Source: Treponemataceae bacterium (lineage in GTDB: Bacteria; Spirochaetota; Spirochaetia; Treponematales; Rectinemataceae). Taken from it: a DNA stretch of 64,000 bases. The position numbers and the translations under genes were made by a program. Below, in pieces: positions 37,016 to 46,491 of this stretch. The notes beneath the pieces are model-generated. The model was not told where the DNA came from and ran no database searches. It saw only the letters and a list, made by a program, of their open reading frames with translations. Within the stretch, counting starts at the first letter, position 1. Each line of letters opens with the position of its first letter. The stretch covers positions 1,856,001 through 1,920,000 of the forward strand of contig CAXXHO010000003.1 in the NCBI GenBank assembly GCA_963667725.2, read 5' to 3'.

Positions 37016-38295
37016 ACACACTTATCCTCTACTTCGTTCTATTCGGGATTCTGTTCGCGGTGGGCGCTCCAGTAGTCCTGGCCTTGGCCGCAGCGGCCGT
37101 GGTCATGCTGCTCGCCAACGGACTCGACCTCATGATCTTCGCCCAGAAGTTCATGGTTTCGATGGACAACTATGGCTTGACCGCTATGCTTTTCTTCATA
37201 TTGGCCGGCGAGATCATGAATGGCGGGGGCATGACGAGAAGGATCGTCGCCGCCGTATCCAAGGTCGTAAAGGGCATCCCGGGCGGACTCGCCATTATCA
37301 CCCTGGTTTCCTGTGCTCTTTTTGCCGCCATCAACGGCTCCGCGATAGCCACGGCGATCGCCATTGGTTCGATTATGTATCCCGCCATGGTCAAGCAGGG
37401 GTATTCGCCGGCATTCTCCGCGGCCACGATAGCGGCCGGCGGAATCATCGGCCCCATAATTCCCCCATCCATACCCATGATTGTCTATGGTTCCACGACA
37501 GGCGATTCGGTAGCCGCCCTCTTCACCGGGGGATTCCTGCTCGGCGCCTTGATGACGCTTGGAGAAGTTGTCGTCGCTTACCTGGTTTCCAAGAAACGAG
37601 GATACGGCGTGAATGTTCCCGACATAGATTTCGGCAACACGAAAGGCATTGCCTGGGCCCTGGTTTTTCCCGTCCTCATCATGGTGCTCATCACCGCCGG
37701 AATCATGACGCCGACCGAGACTTCGGCGATGGCGGTAATGTACGCATGGGTAGTGGGCGCCTTCATCTATAAGGAATTCAAGTTCAAGGAATTCCCAGCG
37801 ATGATGGTAAGAGCCATGAAAAGCTCAGGCGCCGTCATGGCCATCGTGGGCGCCGCCACGGCGGTGGCCTGGGTGCTCACCTACGTGCGGGTTCCGCAGC
37901 AGGTCACCGAACTCATGGTATCGACCATCAGCTCGCCGACGGTCTTCATGATCCTCACGTTCGTCATACTGTTCATCGTGGGGATGATCATGGATCTCAC
38001 GCCCGCGATTCTGATCCTGACACCCATTTTCGTCGGACCGGTCGCGGCCTTCCATGTCGATCCCATTTTCTTCGGCGTCTTTTTCTGCGCGACGCTGACA
38101 GCCGGCCTGATAACGCCGCCGGTCGGGACGCTCATCTACATAGGATGTTCAATGTCCAACAAATCACTGTCCGCTGTCGTCAAAGAACTACTTCCCTATA
38201 TGCTTGTCGTGTACGCGATGCTGTTCGTGGCGGTGATCTTTCCCGACATCATCACCTTCATACCGAAAAATGTCCTGCATCTCTATGGCGGCTGA
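37012..38295 (+). CDS. dctM: TRAP large permease
   Basis: FFILAGEIM, GSAIA, IIPPSIPMIVY, TPTE, ITPPVG. Confidence 0.93.
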   Translation: MNTLILYFVLFGILFAVGAPVVLALAAAAVVMLLANGLDLMIFAQKFMVSMDNYGLTAMLFFILAGEIMNGGGMTRRIVAAVSKVVKGIPGGLAIITLVSCALFAAINGSAIATAIAIGSIMYPAMVKQGYSPAFSAATIAAGGIIGPIIPPSIPMIVYGSTTGDSVAALFTGGFLLGALMTLGEVVVAYLVSKKRGYGVNVPDIDFGNTKGIAWALVFPVLIMVLITAGIMTPTETSAMAVMYAWVVGAFIYKEFKFKEFPAMMVRAMKSSGAVMAIVGAATAVAWVLTYVRVPQQVTELMVSTISSPTVFMILTFVILFIVGMIMDLTPAILILTPIFVGPVAAFHVDPIFFGVFFCATLTAGLITPPVGTLIYIGCSMSNKSLSAVVKELLPYMLVVYAMLFVAVIFPDIITFIPKNVLHLYGG

Positions 38296-38304
38296 GCAAG
38301 GGCT

Positions 38305-39819
38305 ATGGAGGACCATGCAATGACCAATGAACCGCTGACACTCGCGGTGGATATCGGCACTTCCTCGGTGCGGGCGATGGCCTTCGACCTTCACGGCGGA
38401 ATCAGGGCGCGCGAGCAGATCCCCTACCCTGTCATGAGGCCTCGTCCGTACTTCGAGGAGCAGGATCCATTACTCGTCCGATCCTCCACCTACAAGGCTA
38501 TCGCCCAACTTCTGTCGTCCGGGTCAGTCGATCCCAGCCAGATCGCCTGCATCTCGTTCTCTTCGCAGATGTACAGCATCCTGGCCCTGAACGATGAGGG
38601 CAAGCCGCTGACCAACAGCTTGCTCTGGTCGGACGGCAGGGCCGAGACGCAGGCCGAAACCATGAAGAAGGCAAAAGGCGCCATGTGGCTGTATCCCCGT
38701 ACGGGTTGCCCCATGAATTCGATCTACCCGATCGCAAAAATCAGATGGCTTCGCGAGGAAACGCCGGAAGTTTTCGGAAAGGCCGCCCGCTTCGCCTGCA
38801 TAAAGGAATTCGTGACGACGCCCCTCATCGGGGAATGGGCGGTTGATTACTCCATGGCCTCAGCCTCAGGAATGTTCGATGTCGCCGGCCATACATGGGA
38901 TCCGGAAGCTCTCAATGCGGCGGGAATCGGCGAATTTCAGCTATCCGAACCTGTTTCCGGCACCAAGGCTTTCAGGCTCGTGCCAGATTCCCCTCTCGCC
39001 GGGCTCGGATTGCCGAAAGACACCGTCGTCTTCCTGGGCGCGGGCGACGGCCCCTTGGCCAACCTAGGCTCGGGAGCCTTCGAAGTCGGCGCCATCAATA
39101 TCGACCTGGGAACCTCGGGTGCCGCCCGCTGCACCTCGGACGCGCCCATCACCGACGAAGACGCCAGCCTCTGGTGTTTCTGTCTCGACGATTCGCATTG
39201 GGCGTACGGCGGCATCGTCACCAATGTGGGCAACTCCTATCAATGGCTGGCGTCCGCCATAGCCGAGATTTCCCGATTGAGCGGCGAAGAGGCCTTCGAG
39301 CTTCTCAACGAGCGGGCCGCCGCCGTCGCGCCGGGATCGGAGGGCCTTCTCTTCATGCCCTACTTGCGGAAAGCGCGATCTCCCTATTGGGACGGCAGGC
39401 TTAAGGGCACCATGTACGGCCTCACGGCCGATCACGGATTCGGCCACATGGCGCGGGCCCTTCTCGAGGCGATCGCCTACGATCTCAAGTCCATCATCAA
39501 TCTCATGGACAGAAGGATTGCGACGCTCCCTCATATTCTGCTCACGGGAGGGCTCTCGCGCTCGCCCCTCATCCCCCAGCTCCTGGCCGATGTGCTGGGT
39601 AGGGAGATACGGATTCCCGAGCAGAACGAGGGATCCATAGCCGGAGCGGCCATTCTCGGATTTTCGGGTTTGGGAAAACTGGATGGTTTAAGATTTGAGC
39701 AAGCTTCGCCGCATTTCGCTTCGGTACGCCCCGATCCCGAAAGAAAAAGGCAGTATGAAGATTTTTACGGGAAGTACACACGACTCGTCGAAACATTCCG
39801 CAACGCGGATCTGTCCTGA
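38305..39819 (+). CDS. FGGY-family gluconokinase-like carbohydrate kinase
   Basis: DIGTSS, WSDGRA, TGCP, DGPLANLG, GTSGA, RSPYW, LEAIAY; start may be 38320. Confidence 0.85.
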   Translation: MEDHAMTNEPLTLAVDIGTSSVRAMAFDLHGGIRAREQIPYPVMRPRPYFEEQDPLLVRSSTYKAIAQLLSSGSVDPSQIACISFSSQMYSILALNDEGKPLTNSLLWSDGRAETQAETMKKAKGAMWLYPRTGCPMNSIYPIAKIRWLREETPEVFGKAARFACIKEFVTTPLIGEWAVDYSMASASGMFDVAGHTWDPEALNAAGIGEFQLSEPVSGTKAFRLVPDSPLAGLGLPKDTVVFLGAGDGPLANLGSGAFEVGAINIDLGTSGAARCTSDAPITDEDASLWCFCLDDSHWAYGGIVTNVGNSYQWLASAIAEISRLSGEEAFELLNERAAAVAPGSEGLLFMPYLRKARSPYWDGRLKGTMYGLTADHGFGHMARALLEAIAYDLKSIINLMDRRIATLPHILLTGGLSRSPLIPQLLADVLGREIRIPEQNEGSIAGAAILGFSGLGKLDGLRFEQASPHFASVRPDPERKRQYEDFYGKYTRLVETFRNADLS

Positions 39820-39829
39820 GGAGCTTTCG

Positions 39830-40804
39830 ATGAAAATATTGATAACGTCCAAATCCTTCGGCCGGTACGCGCCCGATGCCGTCCAATTCCTTGAGAAAAA
39901 TGGTTTTGAATTGACGCGGGGCTCAAAGCCCACGATGACCCCCGAGGAGATAGCGAAAGAAGTACCGGGATTCGACGCGCTCATCGTGGGAAACGACACG
40001 ATAGACAAAAAAGTGATCGACGCGGCAGCGGATCTCAAGCTCATCTACATGAACGGAACGGGACTCGACGGCATAGACGTGGATTACGCCGCGAAAAAAG
40101 GGATTCTCGTCGCCAACGCGCCGGGGGCGAACCGCAATGCCGTGGCCGAACTGGCCCTGGGGCTGATGCTCGTCTCGGCACGATCCATCGATACCCACAT
40201 CGACCTGCTGAAACAAGGCAAGTGGGAAAGAAGCGCTGGTGTGGAAATCTCGGGCAAGACCATCGGGTTCCTGGGGCTCGGCAACATAGGCAAACGCATC
40301 GTCGAGCTGCTCGCCGGATTCGGCGTACAGGCCATAGCCTACGATCCCCAACCTGACGAGGCTTGGGCGACGAGCCACGCCGTGAAGTTTACCGACAGGA
40401 TCGAAGACGTATTCGCCCAGGCCGATTTCCTCATCCTCGCCCTTCCCTGCAACGACCAGACGAGGAACATCGTCAACAGGGAAAGGCTTGGCCTCATGAA
40501 GCCGACCTCCCGCATCATCAATACGGCGAGGGGCGGCCTCATAGACGAAGCGGCCTTGTGCGAAGCCATCGAGGCGGGCAGGATAGCCGGAGCCGCGCTG
40601 GATGCCTTCGAGGAGGAACCCCTGCCAGGGAATTCCCCGCTTCGCATGCCGGGAATCACGCTTACGCCCCACATGGCCGCCACCTCCATCGAGACGGCCG
40701 CCAACATGTCCTGGATAGTCGCGAGAAACATTGTCGATATCATGAAAAACGGCCGAACGCAAAGCGCCGTCAACAAGGATCGGGTCGCCGCGGCGGCTCG
40801 ATGA
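39830..40804 (+). CDS. D-2-hydroxyacid dehydrogenase (phosphoglycerate dehydrogenase-like)
   Basis: G.D..D, GLGNIG, INTARG, LDAFEEEP, LTPHMA. Confidence 0.88.
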   Translation: MKILITSKSFGRYAPDAVQFLEKNGFELTRGSKPTMTPEEIAKEVPGFDALIVGNDTIDKKVIDAAADLKLIYMNGTGLDGIDVDYAAKKGILVANAPGANRNAVAELALGLMLVSARSIDTHIDLLKQGKWERSAGVEISGKTIGFLGLGNIGKRIVELLAGFGVQAIAYDPQPDEAWATSHAVKFTDRIEDVFAQADFLILALPCNDQTRNIVNRERLGLMKPTSRIINTARGGLIDEAALCEAIEAGRIAGAALDAFEEEPLPGNSPLRMPGITLTPHMAATSIETAANMSWIVARNIVDIMKNGRTQSAVNKDRVAAAAR

Positions 40805-40827
40805 TCATATACCAAGAGGAGCGGAAA

Positions 40828-41775
40828 ATGGCAATCAAAGGAAATCTCGTCCCGAATATCACTATGTTCGATCGCGAGGGCAATATCGATGAGGCGAAGA
40901 CCTCATGGCACATGAACTGGATGTTTTCCCATGGCGTCGACGGACTTTTTCTGACCGGTTCCTATGGATCAGGCCCCCTCATGACCAATGAGGAGAGGAT
41001 CAGGATTTTCCGGCTGGCGAAAAAGGCCGCGGGCGGATTCAAGGGAAAGATTCTCCTGCCCCACGTCGGCTGCATCGACACGAAGAGCACCGTGGAGCTG
41101 GCGAAAGCGGCCCAGGAGATCGGCGTGGACGCGATTGGCGCCGTGCCGCCCTTTTACTACAAGCACAGCGACGAGGCGATCATCGAGTACTACAGGGCTA
41201 TCCTGGAAGCGGTGAATATTCCGGTTTTTGCCTACAACAATCCGGAGACCTCCAGGTACACCTTCAACCTGAAAACCATCCTGAAGCTGAAGGAATTGGG
41301 GCTGTCGGGCATGAAAGACAGTCCGCTCAACATCGGCTTCATCTCCCAGGTCGCCTATCTCGCCCAGGAAGCCGAAGCCAGGGGAGAGAAGCCCTTCCAG
41401 CTGATCGTCGGCACTTCCACGGGCTGGCTACCCATCTATTACATGGGCGTGAAGGCGACAATAGCCGGCATGAACAACTGGGCCCCGGAAATCACGGCGG
41501 AGATGGTGCGAGCAACCTTCGCCGGCGAGATGGACAGGGCGAGGCAGGCCTACCTCGTGATGATGGACCTCTCGGCCAAGCTCCATTTCACCGATTCAAC
41601 CATCGCGAGCCACATGGCCCTCTACGCGAGAGGCTACGATGCCGGTTTCCCCAGAAAGCCGATGCTTCTCCCTCCCTTCTCCGATCCCAAGTACAGGGAA
41701 ATCAGGATGAATATGGAGCAGGCCTTTGCCAAGCTCGGCCTGACTTTTGAAACGGGAAGTTTCAAGATCAACTGA
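40828..41775 (+). CDS. DapA/NAL-family class I aldolase or dehydratase
   Basis: GSYGSG, PPFYY, YNNP, GMKDS (Schiff-base Lys); GAGGAG RBS. Confidence 0.88.
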   Translation: MAIKGNLVPNITMFDREGNIDEAKTSWHMNWMFSHGVDGLFLTGSYGSGPLMTNEERIRIFRLAKKAAGGFKGKILLPHVGCIDTKSTVELAKAAQEIGVDAIGAVPPFYYKHSDEAIIEYYRAILEAVNIPVFAYNNPETSRYTFNLKTILKLKELGLSGMKDSPLNIGFISQVAYLAQEAEARGEKPFQLIVGTSTGWLPIYYMGVKATIAGMNNWAPEITAEMVRATFAGEMDRARQAYLVMMDLSAKLHFTDSTIASHMALYARGYDAGFPRKPMLLPPFSDPKYREIRMNMEQAFAKLGLTFETGSFKIN

Positions 41776-41833
41776 CCTGGTTCGCGGGACAAGCCCCCTT
41801 CCAAGGTTGTGACGGGGGCCATGTCACGATATA

Positions 41834-42682
41834 ATGGAGGCAATGAGCGCGATGCAGCAGATAATGGAAAAGTACAACAGCCTCCGCAAGTCAGAGACGA
41901 AGGTTGCCGATATCATCCTGGAACACCCCGAGGCCGCGATCCATTTTTCGGTCAGCGAGCTGGCCGAACAGGCGGGCGTAAGCGATCCGACCGTCATACG
42001 GTTCTGCAGGAGCCTGGGTTTTAAGGGATTTCAGGATTTCAAGATATATCTCGCGCAAAGCATCATTCCGGGCATCAGGAACATTCACGAGACGGTGAAC
42101 CAGGGCGAAAACGTCCCCGACCTCGTACGCAAGGTGTTCGACGCGAATATGGCCGCGATCCAGAGCACGCTCGGCACGCTCGACTTCGCTTCGATCGACG
42201 AGGCCATCAAGGAACTGTCGAACGCCAGAAGAATCATGTTCTTCGGCCTGGGCAATTCGGCCGTCGTCGCCAAGGATGCCTACCACAAATTCTTCCGCAT
42301 CGGGATTCCCTGCGAATGGTTCGAGGACAGCCACATGGCGATGATGGCCGCCTCGATCATGAAGCCGGAGGAAGTGCTTGTCGTGATTTCCCACTCGGGA
42401 TCGACCACCGACATCGTCGATGTGCTCGACGTGGCTTCCAAGGCCGGCGCCCGCAGCATCGCCATCGTCAGCCACCACAAATCGCCGGTTTCGGGCAAGG
42501 CCGACCACACGCTCTGCGTCGCCTCGACCGAAACCGAATACAGGTTCGAACCCATGGCCTCCCGGATCGCGCAGCTCAGCGTCATAGACGTGCTGTCGGT
42601 GGGCGTTTCCCTCCTGCACAGCGAAGTCTATATAGCCAATCTGGAGAAATCGAGGAAGGCCTTGGTTCGCAAACGCTACTGA
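41834..42682 (+). CDS. RpiR/MurR-family transcriptional regulator
   Basis: ELA..AGVS..TVIRFC..LGF.GF..FK; SIS domain G.GNS, ISHSG, SRIAQL. Confidence 0.92.
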   Translation: MEAMSAMQQIMEKYNSLRKSETKVADIILEHPEAAIHFSVSELAEQAGVSDPTVIRFCRSLGFKGFQDFKIYLAQSIIPGIRNIHETVNQGENVPDLVRKVFDANMAAIQSTLGTLDFASIDEAIKELSNARRIMFFGLGNSAVVAKDAYHKFFRIGIPCEWFEDSHMAMMAASIMKPEEVLVVISHSGSTTDIVDVLDVASKAGARSIAIVSHHKSPVSGKADHTLCVASTETEYRFEPMASRIAQLSVIDVLSVGVSLLHSEVYIANLEKSRKALVRKRY

Positions 42683-42683
42683 T

Positions 42684-43328
42684 TCAGTAGCCCAGGCTTT
42701 CTCCCACGATGATCACCGTAAAATCGGTCATGGCCGGCTTTCTCTTGAGGATCTGGTAGATCCGGCAGCTGCGCATGGGGCCGTCGCAGTCCATGCAGTA
42801 TCCCGACTTGGTGCAGGGATTGGGTCTTCCCAGGCGCTTGTTGTTCATGGGCCCCGCCACTTCCTCGAGCCTCGTGAAGGCGTCTTCGAGGTCGGCCACG
42901 ATCTTGTTCGCGCCGGCCACCGCCACGACCTTGGACGGCCCGAAACACAGGGCGCCCACGCGATTGCCGTTCGCGTCGACATTCACGATATAGCCGTCGC
43001 GGGTGACGGCGTTGACGCTCGATACGAACACGTCGCAGGTAAGCTGACTTCGAAGGGTCGAGAGCCTTTCCTCGGGCGTGATCCCCGGCCTGTTGTGGTC
43101 GAGAAGCACGGCGCCGGCGGCGAGGGCCTTGTCCTGTATTCCCATCGATTTCACGGTCATCGAACCGCCGAAACCCACCTTCATGCCGGGCTTGACGAAC
43201 TTCATGACGAGTTCGGCCGCTTCTTCCCTCGTTTTCGCGTAGACGGCGTCGAAACCGTTCTTGACGAGAGCCTGACAGACACGCTCGCCCCTCGCCTCAT
43301 TGGACCACATCTCAACCTCGGTCATCAT
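42684..43328 (-). CDS. LUD-domain (lactate utilisation LutC/YkgG-like) protein
   Basis: GFGGSMT, SVNAVT.DG..VNVD..GNRV, G.NKIV, C...G.C.DC....R.C, E.LGY. Confidence 0.8.
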   Translation of the reverse strand: MMTEVEMWSNEARGERVCQALVKNGFDAVYAKTREEAAELVMKFVKPGMKVGFGGSMTVKSMGIQDKALAAGAVLLDHNRPGITPEERLSTLRSQLTCDVFVSSVNAVTRDGYIVNVDANGNRVGALCFGPSKVVAVAGANKIVADLEDAFTRLEEVAGPMNNKRLGRPNPCTKSGYCMDCDGPMRSCRIYQILKRKPAMTDFTVIIVGESLGY

Positions 43329-43414
43329 CTTCCTCCATGCCAATACTTCAGCGTTTCAACATTGTGCAGCGCTTTGCGGCGCAAATCAAGAATAGTCATC
43401 CACGGCCTTCGCGC

Positions 43415-44188
43415 TCAGGAGGCTCTTTCCACCCAACCCATGCTGCGCGAGACGTCGTGAGCGGCCTTCATGACATGGACGGCCACTTTTTCGGCGTCCA
43501 GATCGGGGCGGATTTCGATGGACCAGGACGTGCTTATCGCGGAGATAATCCTGCCGCGATAGTCCCTGATCGGCGCGGCGACGCAGTTCGTGCCCGGCTC
43601 GGCTTCCTGGTCGTCGCGAGACCAGCCTCGCTCCCGGCAGCGGCTCATGTCGCCGATGAGCGTCGCGAGATCGCCGTGCGTATGGGGGCCGAAGGATTTG
43701 AACTCCTCGCCCGCGAGGAGGAGCCTGATCTCATCGTCGTCCATGTCCAGCATCAGGGCCTTGCCGAGGGCGGTGCAGTAGAGCGGTTTCTGCTGCCCGA
43801 TGATCGCGTACTTCCTCATGCTCGCGAACTGGTCGTGACGGTCGATGTAGACCATCTTGCTGCCCTGCCTGCAGGCGAGAAAGACGATCGTCCCGAAGGC
43901 GACGGCCAGCTCCTTCATCGCGGGAGCGGATTCGGTCTTCAGCTCGAGGCTGTTGAGATACATGCTGCTCAGCTCGATGAAGCCCGGGCCCAGCCTGTAT
44001 TTGCCCGTGTCTTCCGCTTTCCTGGCGAATTCTCTCTGCTGGAGAACGGCGAGAAGGCGGAAGGTCGTGCTGCGAGGAAGCCCCGCGGCGTCGGCGATTT
44101 CGGAGAGGCCAAGCCCCCCGGCGGCCCGGGCGAGAATGTTGAGTATGTCGAATGCCCGATCGAGCGATTGGACTTTCATTTCGGCCAT
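43415..44188 (-). CDS. IclR-family (KdgR-like) transcriptional regulator
   Basis: VQSLDRA..IL, GL..ST..RLL, YCTALGKA, CVAAPI. Confidence 0.92.
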   Translation of the reverse strand: MAEMKVQSLDRAFDILNILARAAGGLGLSEIADAAGLPRSTTFRLLAVLQQREFARKAEDTGKYRLGPGFIELSSMYLNSLELKTESAPAMKELAVAFGTIVFLACRQGSKMVYIDRHDQFASMRKYAIIGQQKPLYCTALGKALMLDMDDDEIRLLLAGEEFKSFGPHTHGDLATLIGDMSRCRERGWSRDDQEAEPGTNCVAAPIRDYRGRIISAISTSWSIEIRPDLDAEKVAVHVMKAAHDVSRSMGWVERAS

Positions 44189-44231
44189 GATCGGATTCCT
44201 CCAAATTTCGTTCCGCCGCCTATGGCGCGCC

Positions 44232-44301
44232 TTGACAGGAGCGACAAAAAGATTATCATTAGGCAGGTCTACGTTCTGGAATTATATTCCATATTGTGGA
44301 A
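44232..44301 (+). promoter_or_regulatory. kduI promoter and IclR-type operators
   Basis: TTGACA-N16-TATCAT; overlapping palindromes TGGAA-N5-TTCCA (44277-44291) and TTCCA-N5-TGGAA (44287-44301). Confidence 0.65.
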
Positions 44302-44365
44302 CAAGTACAGGGCCGCCGGACAATTTTTAGCCCCTGGCGCCCGGATTCAACGATGCGAGGTATGT

Positions 44366-45196
44366 ATGGAAATCAGGGAATATGTAAACTCCGAGTACGC
44401 TAAGGGCCTGGACACCGAAGGTCTCCGCTCGAATTTTCTCATCCGGAACGTTTTCGTCCCCGGCGAGATTACGATGACGTACAGCCATGTGGACAGGATG
44501 ATAGCGGGCGGGGCGACGCCGGCCGGTGAAACGCTCAGCCTCGCCGCGACGAAGGAACTGGGCACTACCTACTTCCTCGAGCGCAGGGAGATGGGCATCA
44601 TCAACATCGGCGGCGCGGGGAGCGTCACCGTGGACGGAACGCGGTATGCCGTGGGATCTCGCGACGGATTCTACGTCTCCATGGGATCGAAGGTTGTCTC
44701 CTTCGCGAGCGACGACGCGAAGAATCCCGCCAAGTTCTATTTCAACAGCGCGCCGGCCCACAGAGCCTGTCCCACCAGGCTCGTCACCCTCGAACAGGCC
44801 AAGCACGTGGAGATGGGAAGCGCGGCCGAATGCAACAAGCGCGTCATCAACCAGTTTATCCACCCGGCCGTCCTGGAAACCTGCCAGCTCGTCATGGGCA
44901 TGACGATGTTCTCGGAAGGAAGCGTCTGGAACACGATGCCAGTCCACACGCACGAACGCAGGATGGAAGTCTATCTCTACTTCGACATGCCGAAGGACAG
45001 GCTCGTCTTCCACCTCATGGGCAAACCGGGCGAGACGAGACACATCGTCGTGCGCAACGAGGAAGCGGTGATCAGCCCCAGCTGGTCCATCCACGCCGGC
45101 GTCGGCACGGGCGCCTACACCTTCATATGGGGCATGGCGGGGGAAAATCAAACTTTTACCGACATGGACGGGGTATCCATGGACAAATTGAACTAA
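44366..45196 (+). CDS. kduI: 5-dehydro-4-deoxy-D-glucuronate isomerase
   Basis: YSHVDR, FLERREMG, WNTMP.HTHERRMEVY.YF, SPSWSIH, WGMAGEN. Confidence 0.96.
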   Translation: MEIREYVNSEYAKGLDTEGLRSNFLIRNVFVPGEITMTYSHVDRMIAGGATPAGETLSLAATKELGTTYFLERREMGIINIGGAGSVTVDGTRYAVGSRDGFYVSMGSKVVSFASDDAKNPAKFYFNSAPAHRACPTRLVTLEQAKHVEMGSAAECNKRVINQFIHPAVLETCQLVMGMTMFSEGSVWNTMPVHTHERRMEVYLYFDMPKDRLVFHLMGKPGETRHIVVRNEEAVISPSWSIHAGVGTGAYTFIWGMAGENQTFTDMDGVSMDKLN

Positions 45197-45218
45197 ACTT
45201 AAGAAAGGAAGGGAACCA

Positions 45219-45980
45219 ATGATACTCGATAAATTTAAGCTGGACGGAAAGGTCGCGATCGTGACGGGAAGCTCGACAGGACTGGGCCAGGGCGTATGCC
45301 TGGCATTTGCCGAGGCCGGCGCCGACGTCGTCGGCGTCGATTATGTCGAATCCACCGAGACGGAAAAACTCGTGGAGGGGCTAGGCAGGAAGTTCCTCGA
45401 AATCAAGGCCAACCTCATGTCGATCGAGCCGATTCCCGGCATCATCGCCCAGACTCTGGCCGCTTTCGGGCGCCTCGACATACTCGTGAACAACGCCGGC
45501 ATCATCCGCCGCGAGGACGCCATCGATTTCTCGGAGAAGAATTGGGATGACGTGATGAACATCAACGCCAAGACGCTTTTCTTCTTCAGCCAGGCGGCCG
45601 CGAAGCAGTACATCGCCCAAGGATCGGGCGGCAAGATCATCAATATCGCCTCAATGCTCTCCTTCCAGGGCGGCATCAGGGTTCCCTCCTACACCGCGTC
45701 GAAGAGCGCCGTCATGGGTTTGACGAGGCTGATGGCCAACGAATGGGCCAAGTTCGGCATCAACGCCAACGCGATGGCTCCCGGGTACATGGCCACAAAC
45801 AACACTCAGGCGCTCAGGGCTGACGCGGAACGGAGCGAGGCGATTCTCGGACGCATTCCCGCCGGACGATGGGGCACTCCCGCCGACGTGCAGGGTCTCG
45901 CGGTTTTCCTCGCGTCGGCGGCGAGCGATTACGTGAACGGATACACGGTCGCCGTGGACGGAGGCTGGCTGGCGCGCTGA
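45219..45980 (+). CDS. kduD: 2-dehydro-3-deoxy-D-gluconate 5-dehydrogenase
   Basis: TG...GLG, NNAGIIRR, SFQGGIRVPSYTASK, VDGGWLAR. Confidence 0.96.
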   Translation: MILDKFKLDGKVAIVTGSSTGLGQGVCLAFAEAGADVVGVDYVESTETEKLVEGLGRKFLEIKANLMSIEPIPGIIAQTLAAFGRLDILVNNAGIIRREDAIDFSEKNWDDVMNINAKTLFFFSQAAAKQYIAQGSGGKIINIASMLSFQGGIRVPSYTASKSAVMGLTRLMANEWAKFGINANAMAPGYMATNNTQALRADAERSEAILGRIPAGRWGTPADVQGLAVFLASAASDYVNGYTVAVDGGWLAR

Positions 45981-46004
45981 ACGAGGCGCGATAGGAGGCG
46001 GTCC

Positions 46005-46463
46005 ATGATAGCGACAAACCTTAAGAACATCGAAAGGTACAAAGGCCTGAGCGACAACCTCGACATGGCGATCGCATGGCTTCAGGAAGGACAGTGGAAC
46101 AGCCTGCCCGAGGGTAAGCACCTGATCGACGGCGAAAATGTTTTTGCCATCGTTACGCGGTATCCCTCAAAGCCTGCCGAGATTTGCCGCTTCGAGACGC
46201 ACCGCCTCTATATCGACATTCAACTGGTCGCAGCGGGAGCGGAACTCATCGAGGCAAGGACGGTCGACGGCCTCAAGGTATCTGAGCCCTATACCTCCGA
46301 CATAGAATTTTACGAAGCCCCCGAAGCGGGATCATACAACACGCTCCTGATGGTACCGGGCGCCGTGGCCGTACTATTCCCCGAGGATGCCCATCGCCCA
46401 TGCATAGCGATTGAGGATGTACCCATAGCCGTTCACAAGATCGTGGTTAAAGTGGCGATCTGA
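46005..46463 (+). CDS. YhcH/YjgK/YiaL family protein
   Basis: FETHRLYIDIQ, FPEDAH.P, KIVVKV. Confidence 0.88.
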   Translation: MIATNLKNIERYKGLSDNLDMAIAWLQEGQWNSLPEGKHLIDGENVFAIVTRYPSKPAEICRFETHRLYIDIQLVAAGAELIEARTVDGLKVSEPYTSDIEFYEAPEAGSYNTLLMVPGAVAVLFPEDAHRPCIAIEDVPIAVHKIVVKVAI

Positions 46464-46491
46464 CGACAATTTTTCAAGGAGAATCGATACG

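Noticed and set aside
43337..44365. Long N-terminal extensions in the ORF track (kduI 619 aa; also iorA, the DapA-like gene, plsY and the phosphatase)
   Set aside because: The extensions overlap neighbouring genes; the internal ATGs have an RBS or promoter and match family lengths.
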